From Blasia pusilla (lineage: Eukaryota): a stretch of DNA of 64,000 nucleotides. Below, piece by piece: positions 24,404-38,020 of the stretch (the stretch's first letter is position 1; every line of letters begins with the position of its first letter). The translations under genes were made by a program, and so were the position numbers. The notes below the pieces were generated by a model that did no database searches, was not told the origin of the DNA, and saw only the letters and a program-made list of their open reading frames with translations. The stretch spans positions 7,998,001 to 8,062,000 of the forward strand of contig CM114271.1 in NCBI GenBank assembly GCA_050084515.1, in the 5' to 3' direction.

Positions 24404-27400
24404 CTAGTCTATGATCTCTTCTACCTCATCATCTACAAAAATGCTCCTAACTCTCCTTGGTTCCTGCACAATAGACTTCTCTTGATATACAAGTGGCTCC
24501 TCTGTCCGATTGTAGATGGGGATTAAGAAAGAAGGGGAATTCGAAAGCCTTGCCCCCTAGGTACGCCATATCGGTCCCATGTCATCGGAGAAAAGTTCCA
24601 ATGCCTATCCCAACAAATATTCTTGCATGCTCTGCAAGGTGACCCTCATCCAATATCAATACGTGCTATGCCGCTTGAAACTACTACCTCCAAAATTCTT
24701 GAATTGATTAAACCCGATAAATCAATTTGACTCATTCGTCATCATCCGAGAGCTCTTCCAAACTGATTTCTGACTTTTCTCGCCCGATTTTAGGAAATAC
24801 ATGTAATGATGATGGTGTCACTACCAATGGCTCTACTGTAGGTGCATTTTGCCTTGGAGGAAATTTGTAGACTCCCACCAATCTTTCGTAATCCGCCATT
24901 TCCTCTTGGAAAAGGTCAAATAGCTGCCTCCTTGCCTCAAGGCAGAGTACTCCACTCTGATAGGCGGCTCTAATACTTATCCTTAATAACCCAACCAAAT
25001 CCAAGACCAAGTCACCTCGCCTTGAGCAGAGCTCCATGAGCGTCTGAATTAGGGTCGGGGACTTCTCCCTTCCTCCAAGCAGCGGCCTACCTTCCTCCAT
25101 GTAAATTCCTGGGGGTGAATTGTACATGTTGTCTAATGTGTATCCATCGGAGGCTGGATCAACTAGATCCTGGATCTGAAACATCTACAATCCGTCAAAA
25201 TCTCACGGGTTGCTTTGCAGTTTGCAAAGAACTTCGATTGCAACCCTTCAGGTTCAGACGGGTTGCAAGGGTTACATATGTGCAGAGCGACCCATCAAAA
25301 TCCAACGGGTTACTCTCTAATATTCATGAAATTGGAACTGCAACCCTTTGGGTTGTAAATCCTATTTTCTGGATCTATGTACAACTCATCAGATTTCGAC
25401 AGGTTGCACTTAAGCTCACAAAATAACTTCTTGCAACCCGTCGGAATACGACGGGTTGCTCTCCAATATTCATGAAACTGGAACTGCAACCCTTTGGGTT
25501 GCAAATCTTGTTTTCTAGATCTATGTGCAACTCGTCAGATTCCGATAGGTTGCGTTTAAGCACACAAAATAACTTCTTGCAACCCATCAGAATACGACGG
25601 GTTGCAAATAGACCAAAATTTTCAAAACAAAATCATATGGAATAGTAGCATAATTTTGTAGAACTAACCTGGAGTTGATTTTTTGGAGATCTCAACGTAT
25701 ATTCATTCTTGATCACCCAAGATTGCATCGTCTGCCACTTCAGAGATCTTTTCATGCAGTGAAGGTTGAAGAGCTTGTAACGACTGGATCATAGAACGCT
25801 CGTAGGGTTTGCTTGTTTAGCTCTTATGGGTCGTTGACGCCCAACCAGAGCGGACAATTCAACACTTCTCAGTCACTTGTATCTTGCGCCATCTCCATGT
25901 CGTACATGGAGAATGCGTCTCCATCTGGAAGAGAAGCCTACAATTTGTATGCGCCAAGATACTTGCTCCACAAACCTGCATTCACACAAGAGATAGGGAA
26001 CCTGTACACTATCCGTTGAGCAACTCATTGCCACGATAACACCCCTGCTTGTTCTAGAAGATCTCTCTTCTTTTTTGGAAAATCCCATTTTTTGGGTCGC
26101 CTGTGTCATCATCCAGATCCCCTAGTGGAAAAATTTGCTTTTCAAACATCGTCATAAATCAGGGGTTTTTTGCTTGCTTATCACGGATGTCATCCAGCCA
26201 TAGTTTGTAGTCCTCAGCCAACTCTACGCTAGCCTCCTCTGGAACAGGCTCAATCTTCTTGAGCTCGATCTGAAGACTCGCAATTATCCACTTCCCGAGC
26301 ACCCGCAATGCATCCTAGAAGGACCATTCTCTCAGCCCGTGAGAAAAAACAAGGTCCGAAAACCCGGGCGGATGGTGTGCCACCCTCTATTGGGCCTTCA
26401 TCCCTTCAAGATTGATTTTCATCTGTCTAATCCACCTGAATTCTAAGACTCCAAAAAGGAAAAACCTTTGGATGCAATTGAGAGACACCTTCTCTCCTAT
26501 TCGCCTCTGGGAATCGATCTTCATCCCTCTTTTGTTGGCGTTTAATAATCGCCTTCAACGTCTTGTAGAAATACTTACCAAGTTTAGGGTTTAGCAGAGC
26601 GATGTAATATTGCATCTTGCTCGTTGTGTACTTTGTTCGCTGCCGACATAGAAGCCTAGATAAACTTGGCTCTCTCCGAAGTTGAAACCTATTCCCTGCG
26701 CTCCAGCTCCAATGTTGCACTTCTCTTTGCGGCCTAGATTTTTTACCAACACAAAAGGGTGACAGTTGCATCTTGGGAAATTTATGTATTTGCCCAAGTC
26801 TTGTTCTTAATCTATGCTCCTTTGGTGAGTATCTCATCCACCAAGTCCTCTCCCATAAATCCTTTATACTGCAAAGGGTGCGTTGTAAGCACCTTCTTAA
26901 CTTTGTCGCATTCCTGGATTTAATGATGGGTGACGTTCCCTTTCAAGACAATCCTACAATGTTGAACCCATTGTTAGAATTCTGATCTTATGCAACGCGT
27001 CGGATTTCAATGAGTTGCACACAAAGAGACTCATATCCATAAGATGGATCATCTCAGAGGTTGCATATCCATAAGATGGATCATTTCTAGGACCCATCTT
27101 ATGGATATGCAACCTCTCAGACTACGACGAGTTGCATATCCATAAGATGTCTGAGAGGTTGCATATCCATAAGATGGGTCCTAGAGTGGTGCAAACCGTC
27201 GGAGTGCGACGGGTTGCAATCAATCCCCGAAAGCCTAAAATTCACACCATTATTTGGGTTAAGCTAAAACGTGTCACACAACCTTTTTGCAACCTGTCGG
27301 AGTCTAAGAGGTTGCCATTTCATCATAAAATTCACGACAAAAGCTTGATCCGTGACCCTTTTGCAACCCATCGAAGTCCAACAGACTGCAATTCACTCCT

Positions 27401-28790
27401 ATCATCCATGTCTATGGCTACAACTTTGGACCCTCCTACAACCCTTTGGAGTCCAAAGGGTTGCAATTCCATCTTATCATCAATCTCCATGGCTAAAACT
27501 TGGACTTTTCCGCAAGTTGTCGGAGTCCAAAGGGTTGCAAAATCCCCTGGCATCCAACTTTCTGGCATAAGGGTGGACCCTTATGCAACCCGTTGGAGTC
27601 CAACGGGTTCCCTTTGAATCTATCCACACTAACCAAGAATCCTTCACAAGTATACACTACAACCCGTCGCACTCCAACGACTTGCATTTTTTCCAATGAA
27701 CTAGACTTGGAATTCATATATTTGCAACATGTATGACTCAACGGGTTACCACTTTTTGTCTCCCCTACTTCAAGACATTGTTTCTTTTGGACTTAAGAGC
27801 AACCTGTCGGACTCAACGGGTTCCCACTTTTGTCTCCCCTACTTCCAGACATTGTTTCTTTTGGACTTAAGAGCAACCCGTTGGAATTGGATGGGTTGGA
27901 TGCACAAGCAAAATCATTTTTGCGTGAGGATGGCTTCCCTCACGCAAAAATGCGCCTCCAATGAATTTTGGCGCTCCTCTAAAATTTGGAATTTGGCCAT
28001 GAATGTATGGTTCCCATCCCAATTGTAGAAGTACAAGTTATGCATCCACTTGTACTATGTTCGTGCCATCCCTTTCCTGAACTCCACATCCCTCATTCTC
28101 CAAAACACATCCAAGTTCTCCATATCTTCTTTAGTGACCAGGGACAACATTCTATGTTCATTACAAGGCTGAACATACAAGGGAGGGAAGTTATCCACGT
28201 TTGAAGGTGTTGCAACCGACTTCTTCAACTTGGCAATGCCTTCGTCCGACTGAATTTCTTGAATGTATTCCATAGTTTGAAGTTAGCACAGATGAATCCC
28301 TGGTCCTTCGGGCCATCCATCACCGCCATGTGTTTTACAACCTACGAGAATTTCAACAATGTCAATTAGTTGCAATTTTCTTCAAAGCACGGCTTTTAAA
28401 TGCTCTGTAACAATTTTCAAAGATTGCTTACCCTCTTGAAGATTGGGTCGTTGTCGAGGCCGGCGAGTTTCTCTAGAGCATGAGGAGGCAACTCTAGTGG
28501 ATATTCATCATCGCATAAGAGGTCAATTTCTTCCACTGGACTAAAGGAAGAAGACGTTTTTCCTCTTCCTTTGGGGATGTCCACCATCTCCACACTTTTG
28601 ATCCTCTTCACCTCCTCATTGCTCTTCGAAATATTTTCATTGTTATTTTCATTCATAGTACCGCTTGACTTCCAAGAGGAGACATCCTCCATTTCAACGC
28701 TATCTGTGGTACGTGCGGGGATATCTTCATCCATGACGACAACCTTCTCCTCCCTCACTTTCGCCAATTGAGCTCTCCTGGTGGTGGCAT
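24404..28790 (-). pseudogene. Amino-methyltransferase-like cargo gene, copy 1 (motif IV region deleted at ~25790)
   Basis: GGREKSPTLIQTLMELCSRRGDLVLDLVGLLRISIRAAYQSG (24732-25184); upstream exons homologous to 43.8-46.7 kb. Confidence 0.75.
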
Positions 28791-29211
28791 TGTGACGTCA
28801 AGAGGTCATTACAAGTCGTCGGATTTTGAGAGCGAATGACCCATTGCATACTCTTCCCAAAAAATGTGGTTATGCTGCAACCAGTGGGAATCAAACGGGT
28901 TGCAACCTGTCGGATTTCGACGGGTGCATTGACCTCGTGAATGGTCCAACCCAGGCAAGCTAGACTCTGTCATAAAAAATCAACATGTCAAAATCCAACG
29001 GGTTGCATTTTAGGAATATTCCTCTTCTCTTGGTCAATTAGCTATCGATAGTAAAACCTAACAACCAATTGCAGGTTAGATAAATTTTGTGAGAATATAA
29101 ACGGTCACTATTTACTATAAATTCAACATTCTCATTCTTATTCTTGCCCTGTTAGAATCATTGTTGTAGTCATCTGCAAATGGAAAATTATGTTTAGCTT
29201 TCATGTGGCAG

Positions 29212-32200
29212 TCATCTAGCGGCCCTTCCTCAATCGAAGATAATTGGAGCGCAATCTAGTGATTCTTATGTACTAGTGGAAGAAAATTTCCTTTCACTCT
29301 GATTTCTTCTCCAAATTCGAACCATCTTTGTCTCCGAGAATGTCACGGTGGATGGAATGGAGGATGTTATAGGGGAAATAGTCTAGGCCAAGATTGGACC
29401 TCTACAATAGTTTTCTTTCGTCTCTACCCTTGAAAATGTTCAATCGCATTCTTGTGGATAAGTTGTGTGCCACATATGATGGGAGGTATAGTTTTGAATT
29501 GCCTCCACTTATTGGCCCAACTCAAAATAAAGATGGAGGATGCTTGAAGGGTATGGACATAAATTTTGACTATCATCGATGGTGCAGACTACAACGGACT
29601 AGTGCTTCAATCCTAAGTGGTCCTTGGATTTTTTCCTCACTGCCAACGCATTGGAGCCATGGACTGTAGAATTGCACAAACTCCTTATGCCTTTACCTGG
29701 GGGTAAAGGAATAAGGAGTTTACCTGTTGATCATACCGCCAGGTGGTCATCAATGTCTTCATTTTCAAGCCTCCCTTTTTTTCATTGGAGCATGTCCTAC
29801 TTATATTTTTTTCATAGTGCATGACTATAATTCTACGTTCGAGTACACTAGGCTAACAGTTCATCTTGGGTCTCACACTCATCTTGTCACTGGTACAATT
29901 GAGAGACACATCAAGGAAGATGTGGTCGAGAAAGTGGCGGAGGTATATAAAAACTCTTCGTGATCAAATCTTGGACTGAGCAAATTGAAAATGGCATCAT
30001 AAATTTGTGACCAACCGTTGGGAATCCCTGGCCAAGTGGAGATCATGGTAGTTGAGGAGAAACAACTCTCAGAAAATTTGGCATTTACGGTTGATCTTGA
30101 ATGCTTCACAAACTTACTACATCAAATACAAATACTTGATGGAAAGACCGCTCAAATGGATGCCATCGCCAGGATCAATGCTAACTCCACATTTCCATTT
30201 ATTGAGAGATTGCAATTCATGGGCCAAGGAGGCAAGGGATCCTAAGCTTATGTCTTCAAAATGTCTACTATAGAGCCGTCGAGTGGCCTTGATCTTATTG
30301 ATAGAATGAGGGAAGGATCGAGAAAATATCTTTGGGAGTTAGATAAGCTTTGAGATTTGCTACAGGGTTTTGAATGGATGGTTGACCATGGGTGCACACG
30401 TTTACAACCATGTGAAGAAGGGACTCAAAACCATCTTTGTTTGAAAGGATAAGGTAGAGGAAGTTGGAAACTTGAAGATGTGATGGTTACTTCTATTGGA
30501 GGTGGCAAAGGAAAACAAAAGGCTATCCCCTGAAATTTATGGGTTCATGGCAGAAAATGCACAATCGGGATGGATTGCTATTCGGGAGGTGTTATGGGGA
30601 GGCAAAGCTGAATTGGAAAGGGAAAGGTAGGATGGTTTTCATTGGAAACAAACAAAAGCATCCTACCTTTCCAATGCTTTTGTGGCTCGCTACACGAAAT
30701 CTTGCATCAAGGAGAATAAGAGAATAGAGCATGTTGCTCTACTACAACGTTGCAAGGATAGCAAAACCTTGAAACAAGCCATGGAGTGCCAAGAAGAACT
30801 TCATGTATGGTGGAGAAAGCATGGAATTGAGTGGAAATATGAAGAGTTGTGTTCTTGGCTCAATTGGTGGACTATACGTATGAGGGAATGGGGAAACTTT
30901 ATGCGGCAGGTGAGTTCAACATTTTCTCCTTTCCAACTCACATCTAGAAATTCTTGCAAAATAAATATGGTCAAAATATTTAGTTGTAACCCTTCAGAAT
31001 CCAAAATATTCCAAAACTCAGAGGTTAAGCAATCCGTCATAATTGATACTTTGCAACAATGTGCAATCTGTCAGATTCCGACAGGTTGCAAAAACAATCA
31101 AGTCCAAATATCTATTTTGTGCAATGCATAGGAATCTGACAAGTTCCGAGCCTTATTTTGTCCAAAAATCTACTTGCAACCCGTCGAAATATGATGGGTT
31201 GCATATGTCTAAATCTTGTGAGATTCGGGCGGGTTCCAAGATGTTATTTTCGACAAAATTCTACTTGCAACCCGTTGGAATCCGATAGATTGCACGAAAA
31301 AGAGCTCAATCCATCGGAGTCTAAAAACTTGCCTTCTACTTGCAACCCCGTCGGATTCCGACGAGTTGCAATACGAGGTTCCTGGGTATTGCAACCTGTC
31401 GGATTTCTACAAGTTGCCATATTCTTTGCTTTAACATTATATTTTTCTAGCTCAATTGATAATTTGGTCCATGCACGGATTGAACATTTATAAAAATTCC
31501 CTCTGACCAAACATAAGTGGAGTCAATAATGTTGATTCCTCTCGAAGGTCATCACAAGCATGCCAAAAAAATTCATTTGTGGAGGCATGCTAACAAGACC
31601 AGGCAAGAGCAAAGCTACAATGTGCAGCATACTATATATTCCTCAAAAAAGGTATAACCAAGGGAAAGGGCCCTTCAATTTACGAGCTATGTATAAGGAA
31701 CGTTGTGAGATGTGGTGATGAGAAAATATATGTGGCAGCCTTCAATTGGTTCGTAGCCGGAACTATTCTCAAGAAAGATGTCTTCATTGGTGGGGACATT
31801 CGTGGGCGTGTTTCAAGACGTACCATAGAGATGGTGGTAGAGCAATCTAAGCGAGACTCCTTGAGACTAGATAAACACCTTGACTTCAAGCAAGTCAAGC
31901 GTCAACATCGAGGAACGAACCCGATGATTGATGTGTAGGATGAAATAATCCCACCTAGGTCTTCGCGACACCATATAGCTCCCGAATTCGAGTTAAAGTA
32001 ACTTCTGCAAAATCAGTGAATGTCTTATTTCATAATTCTTACATTCTTTGGGACTTCCCAACATCAGTCTTGAAATTTGTTAAAAAACATGACATTCTGG
32101 TCATTGAGGTGGATTGCAACCTCAAGAGGTGGCATATTTCTCGAAACACCGTGGATCCACTTGGAGGGCAGGATCAGATGGAATAAGGTGAGCATGCAGG

Positions 32201-33382
32201 ACTTTCTTGAATAAGAATTGTAGAAGGGTTGGGCGACCACTACAATTTTGATCGTCCTTGTGAAACGATCAAAATTTTGTCAACCCGAGAAGCCTGGTAG
32301 TGGTCGCCCAACCCTTCTACAGTTCTTATTCAAGAAAGTCCTGCATACTCGCCTTATTCCATCCGATCCTGCCCTCCAAGTGGATCCACGGTGTTTCGAG
32401 AAATATGCCACCTCTTAAGGTTGCAATCCACCTCAATGACCAGAATGCCATGTTTTTAACATCCCCCAAGACTGGATGTTGGGAAGTCCCAGCAACAGAA
32501 GAATTATGAAATAAGACATTCACTGATTTTGTAGAAGTTACTTTAACTCGAATTCGGGAGCTATATGGTGTCTGCGAAGACCTAGGTGGGATTATTTCAT
32601 CATACACATCAATCACCGGGTTCGTTCCTTGATGTTGACGCTTGATTTGCTTGAAGTCAAGGTGTTTATCTAGTCTCAAGGAGTCTCGCTTAAATTGCTC
32701 TACCACCATCTCTATGGTACGTCTTGAAACACGCCCATGAATGTCCCCACCAATGAAGACATCTTTCTTGAGAAGAGTTCCGGCTACGAACCACTACAAA
32801 AATGGGCCAAATATCCCCATAATTTGGCCCATTGTTGTAGGGACCATTTGCATACTAGAGGAAGTGGACAATCTTCCAAGTGGAGGGTTCAAACTCATAG
32901 ACGGAGGGAGTTTGGAACATGTTTGCATTATAGAGACATCCTAAACCCTTTGGATCCAATCTAAGATTGATGTCAACTTGTATCCGGAGAAGGTGGATGA
33001 TCTCAATCCATTATTTTTGTTCGAGTCAAGAAATGGGATGAAGAGAAAGAGAATGTGTGGGCCAACGATGGAGAGAGCAAAGCGAATTGCATCAACTTAG
33101 GAGGCCAACATGGAAATCATTGCCACAAATGACGTTCATAGTGGGAATGGAATAGGAAGGATGTATTGTGAATGCAAGTGTTTCTAGGATGTATGTTGTA
33201 CATATTTTTTGCTTTCCCATATGTTCTTGTGATAACTTTGTCTAAAGAGAGACAAGTGGGAAAAGTCATTTCCCTTGTAAGCACGTGAACTGTGTTTTGC
33301 TTGTAGCTTTAAGAGAGTCAAAGCTAGGAGTAGGAATCCACCAACCAAAGAAGTTCAAAGTATCCTAAACAAGCCACTTTGA
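29212..33382 (+). pseudogene. MULE-type DDE transposase with SWIM finger, copy 1
   Basis: YGFMAENA, R*DGFHW, WLNWWTIRMREWG; donor CAG|GTGAG at 30909; CSCDNF...FPCKH SWIM at ~33220-33285; many stops; internal inverted duplication. Confidence 0.8.
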
Positions 33383-33539
33383 GGATGCAACATTAGGTTT
33401 GACAGTAGTTTGGAAATGCCAAACTATTCAGTGCAATATGGAACTTTCATCAATGTGCTTAAATGAATTTTTTTTCAGACCTTGAATGGAAAAAGGGATT
33501 TGTTCCACATTTGTGCTTCAATGATTTTTCCAATTTTAT

Positions 33540-34747
33540 AACTATGTGTTGAGAAATGACTGGATGGAGGATTGTATATAAGAAAGTTCTTTATGAGTAG
33601 TGAGGACTTTAAGGATTCGTGGGAAGGTCCTTGGAGAGGGCAGTGAGATCAAAAAATCAAGGAATTGCATTGGAGGAGTAGAAAATGGAGAAGCGGAGTA
33701 GAAGAGAAAAGAATGAAGACCTTTTTTGTCTTTTTAAGGAAGACTAGCAAAGACTACAAAGCATAGAACATCCAAGTACTTTATAACAAAATAAGAAGAA
33801 GAAGGTGATGAAGTACTTTGTGGAGAAGTACAGCACACTTGTACAAAAGACAACGAGCGAAGCATTTCATAGTCAAGGAAGTAACGAGGACTAAAAGGAC
33901 TTCGCAACCAAAATATTTTTTTTAATGATTTCAAGAGGCGCGCCATTAGAGTAGTTAGGCTTGGAAGAGACGTATAATTTCAAGACAGATAGAAAGGTAT
34001 GACAATTAGAGCCACAAAATTTGTGGGGATCATAGGTAAAGTAAAGAGGAACTTAGATTAAAGTAGTTAAAGAGATTTCAACAGATTCCTACCTATCAAG
34101 AAGCATTTCAGATCTCAAGAACTACTACCATTCGAGATAGTATTTAAACACTACCAGAGTAGTTCGTGTCATCATTCTTTTAAGACGTCACTGTGTTGTA
34201 GGAATAGTCCGAGAAAGAGAGAGTACCCTCATGAGGTTGTAACTACACTGAAGCTTTCTTGTCTTTGATGGGGTAATGGAACCTCTTCTCTTCAGTTTGA
34301 TGTGCGATGTTTATGCATAATTTGATTGGGTGTGCAGAGTGAGGAGAGGCTTTTGATGGAACTCATTCAAGAAAGAATAGTTAGTACGATAGATGTATGA
34401 AACATGTTTGACAGAGAGTAACTTGGCATGACAGATTCAGTTTTGATAGTAGGATGAGCCATCCAACTACTAAGTTCTCTAAGAGGTTCTTTTATATTTC
34501 AGCGGGGTCCTAAACAGAGAAATCTTTCTTATTCCATTAGAGAATACATTTTGAAGGAAGCGATGGCACTTGGTACCGGGAGAAAGCTGTGATTGCTATA
34601 TTTGTCCTAACGTCAAGCACATCTTCATATTTTACTTGTGTTATTAACCATTTAACTCTCTTTTCAAATAACTGTAATCTTCTTGGGGAACAAACTGCAT
34701 AGTATTTATTGAAAGATCATTTTTTTAACATTCCTTTGTACATTACA
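33540..34747. mobile_element. Truncated LTR, family Y
   Basis: Colinear with ~52010-53219, same end TGTACATTACA. Confidence 0.75.
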
Positions 34748-37700
34748 CAAATTTGGAACGCAACTGGAATTTGGGGTTTTGACTCTATTTTGGACCATAA
34801 CGTTAAGTTCCAAGATGAATTTGGGAAAATTAAGGTGCTTTGGAAACCTTATGCAAATCCAGTTCCACCGCACCAAAGATCTTAGCAAACGAATCAGCAA
34901 AAGCTGAGATATATGCCGAAAAAAACTCTATGAGGAATTTGGTTGAGGGCCAAAATGAGGGGCTCGACTGTCTTTCACCAAAATTAGGGGGAGGGAGGAG
35001 ATTCTTAGAAGTACCAGTCAAGGGGAGTATCTCCAAGAATTCTAGGGACCCAAACCCCACTTTGGGCGCCAAAAGGCGGCTCAAGGGCACGGGATGGAAC
35101 GGGAGTTTGGCATTGGGACTCAAAACCCAAACTTGATCCAAGGGAATGGATTTCGAAAGCCACACTTGGATTCCAACCCGCAACTCATTTTAGTGAGTCT
35201 TGATTGGGGACTCATTGGAGGTCCATTTGGAAAGTTGGGACCGCCAAGCGTGCAAACGGCGTTTGAGGTTCCTAAACCGATCAGAGCGTCTGTCCCAAGT
35301 CTTGAGAGACTTGCCTATGTTGTAAAGTGAGAAACTAGGAAGGTTGAGCTGGATGAGAGGCCGAGTTGAGAACTCGGAGAGTTGGAGTGTTGATTGATCT
35401 AGACCCGACTAATATGAGTGTCTGTTTGGATGCGGATCAACATTGAGAGCGTGTCCTACTGAACGCACGCTTCCGCAACACTAAAGATTTACATTCAAGG
35501 AGAGTAGGCGCATGACAAGTGGTATTAGAGCTTATCCCTGGTGAGCGTGAACTTGGGGTCGTGGGAGATCTAGACGTTTGAGAAAAACTCAATGTAGCAG
35601 GGAGACCTCTAGGCTTGGGGAGGAACACAAGAGACAAGGAGGAGATTTGAGAAGGTGAGGACTCGAAAATGGCGATCAAGGGCGAAGAACCAAGGAAGTC
35701 GCGAGTAAAAAAAAATCCAAGAGACAAACCAATGATTGATCGCGAGCCAAAGGAGGAGACAGCAACTCCCAAAGCGCCGAGCCCAAGACATAAGGATGTC
35801 CCAACCGCAAATCTTTCTGCAGGGCCTTCGGCTCCAAACTCAAGTGACCCGGCCTTCTATGTCCAAATGATGGACTTGATGACTAAGTAGATGACCCAAC
35901 AGAGCAAGAGCATCATTTAGCTCGAGTAGGAGAGAGCTTCTACCTCCGCCAAGAAGGTTTGTAAAAAAAAAATCCGACGCGATTCACTAGAATGGGGAGA
36001 TCTCGAAAAGTGAACGAGTTCTTGATCGACGGAGTCGGCGCAAATGTAGAGGAGTAGGATAAGGTGAGTATAGTTGTCACGTTCCTAAAGGATCAACCAC
36101 TTTAGTGTTGGATCGCTCATTGCAAAGAACATGTAGGCCTTGGAATAGCTTTGAGTTGGGAAGAGTTCAAGGTGTTGATTGGCAACTGATTCACTCCGGT
36201 GTCACAAGAGTTTTGCAATGGCAGGGAGTTTGTACGTTTACGGAAAAGTGGGTCCCTTAGCGATTATGCATGAGAGTTTAGTGAAAGAATGAACTTGATC
36301 CCAAAAATTACAGAGTTTGCAAAGAAGGTGATTTTCTTAAGTGGACTAAAGTCGAGCACTGAAGAGGTCCTCTTCCGGATGCTAGAGATATCAAAGACGT
36401 GTGCAGAAACTTTGAAGTTGGCCGAGGGGATAGGGATGATGAGGTCCAAGTCCAGAAACCCTTAGAGCCTAATTTTTTTTTGAAGTTACTGAAAAGTAAG
36501 GGGGCATCCAAGAGGGTTTGGAGTGGGGATGAGCGCAACCACGGAGGGTCTCTTACCCCTATAGCAAAACAAGTGTAACTCAACCCAAATCCAAAAGGGG
36601 CGCCTTACCCAAAGCCAGTGAACGCAAAAGTGATTTGCTACAATTGTGGTGAATGCGAGCATATGGGTAAGGAATATTTGAAGCCCAAGGTTAGTAAACC
36701 GAGTATGATTGCGTATTTTCTGCTTAGCACTTATCGGCGAGAGGTCTAGAGACATCTCTCCAAGTCACCAAGAGGACGCCCAATTTGGTGTACCTAAGAT
36801 CCAAGATCGTTGATCGCCATGTAATGTTGCTCGTTGATATAGGTGCTTTGCACCCCTTCTTGAGCCCGAGAATTGTGAAGGCGTTGGGGTTATCGACCAT
36901 TGAGGCAGAAAAACCCATTAAGTTGTGTTTCATAGGAGGCAAGTGTCACCAGACCTCAAAGTTGGTTCAAGGGCTTGTTGTGGGATGCGGAGTATTTGAG
37001 TTGAAGGAGAACTTCACGGTATGCGACATGCACAAAATTGATGGAGTCTTGGGGAACACGTTCTTGGATGCATATGAGGTGGAACTGAGGGGAAGATCTT
37101 TGAGGTTGAACAACTTGGTAAAAGGCAAACGGTAGCAAGTGAGGTTGGTTGGTGAGGTTCCTATGGAGACGGAGTTGGTAAATGCCATTACAAGGACAAG
37201 TTTGACTGAGCTAGAGGATGGGTTTCTCTGCTTGATAAGACAAGTTGAGGACGATGTAAGGGCAAGATGTAGAGATTAGGACTTAGCTTCAAGGGCAATC
37301 CCTGAAACACTCAAGAGAGTTGTGAAGGAATTTGGTGATGTCTTGACGAAAGAACTTATGACTGAGTTTCCAAAAAATAGGACGGTTGATCATAAGATAT
37401 AGGTGAAACTGGGGTCTCAACCACCTTCAAAGGCACCATACATGTGAAATCAAGAGGAACTTGTAGAGTTGAAGAAACAATTAGGTGAACTCCTAGGGAG
37501 GGATTACATCCAAACTAGCAAGTCACCTTATGGAATGCTCGTACTCTTTGTGAAGAAGAAAGATGGAAAGTTGAGACTCTGTGTTGATTAGGGGAGGGGT
37601 AAGAGGAGAGGAGAGAGGAGAGAGGAGAGAGGAAGAGAGGAAGAGAGGAAACTACCTTCAACCCAAAGAGATACTATTTTTTGAAGAGAGTTTCCTATGA

Positions 37701-38020
37701 TTTGAAGAGAGTTTCCGTTGGGTTGAAGAGAGGAAACTTTTTGTGTGATTTTTTTTGCACTTTTGTTCTCACTGCTTAGGCACTCCCACACTTTTTTTTT
37801 CCTCTTCCACATTTTGGCAACCCGTCAGAATCCCACCAGTTGCAATTTGCACAAATTTTAAAAAATTTAAAATTCATTGGAATCATAAATGTGGAACAAA
37901 TCACTTTTTCCATCCAAGGTCTGGAAAAAATCTATCATTTGCCCTGGGCTTAAGAGAGTTCAAGCTCAAAGTGAAGGTTCTAGCAAATTAAAATAAAATC
38001 TAAGACCTCATTTTGCATCC

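Larger units (their letters stand above)
21366..33535 (+). mobile_element. Mutator-like MTase-carrying transposon, copy 1 (decayed, one end lost)
   Basis: Begins with terminus motif GGGCTGATATTCTGGCAAGAGAGAG (cf. 54300 and reverse complement of ~50280) exactly where the integrase ORF is cut. Colinear, in inverted orientation, with 37.8-50.3 kb. Confidence 0.85.
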
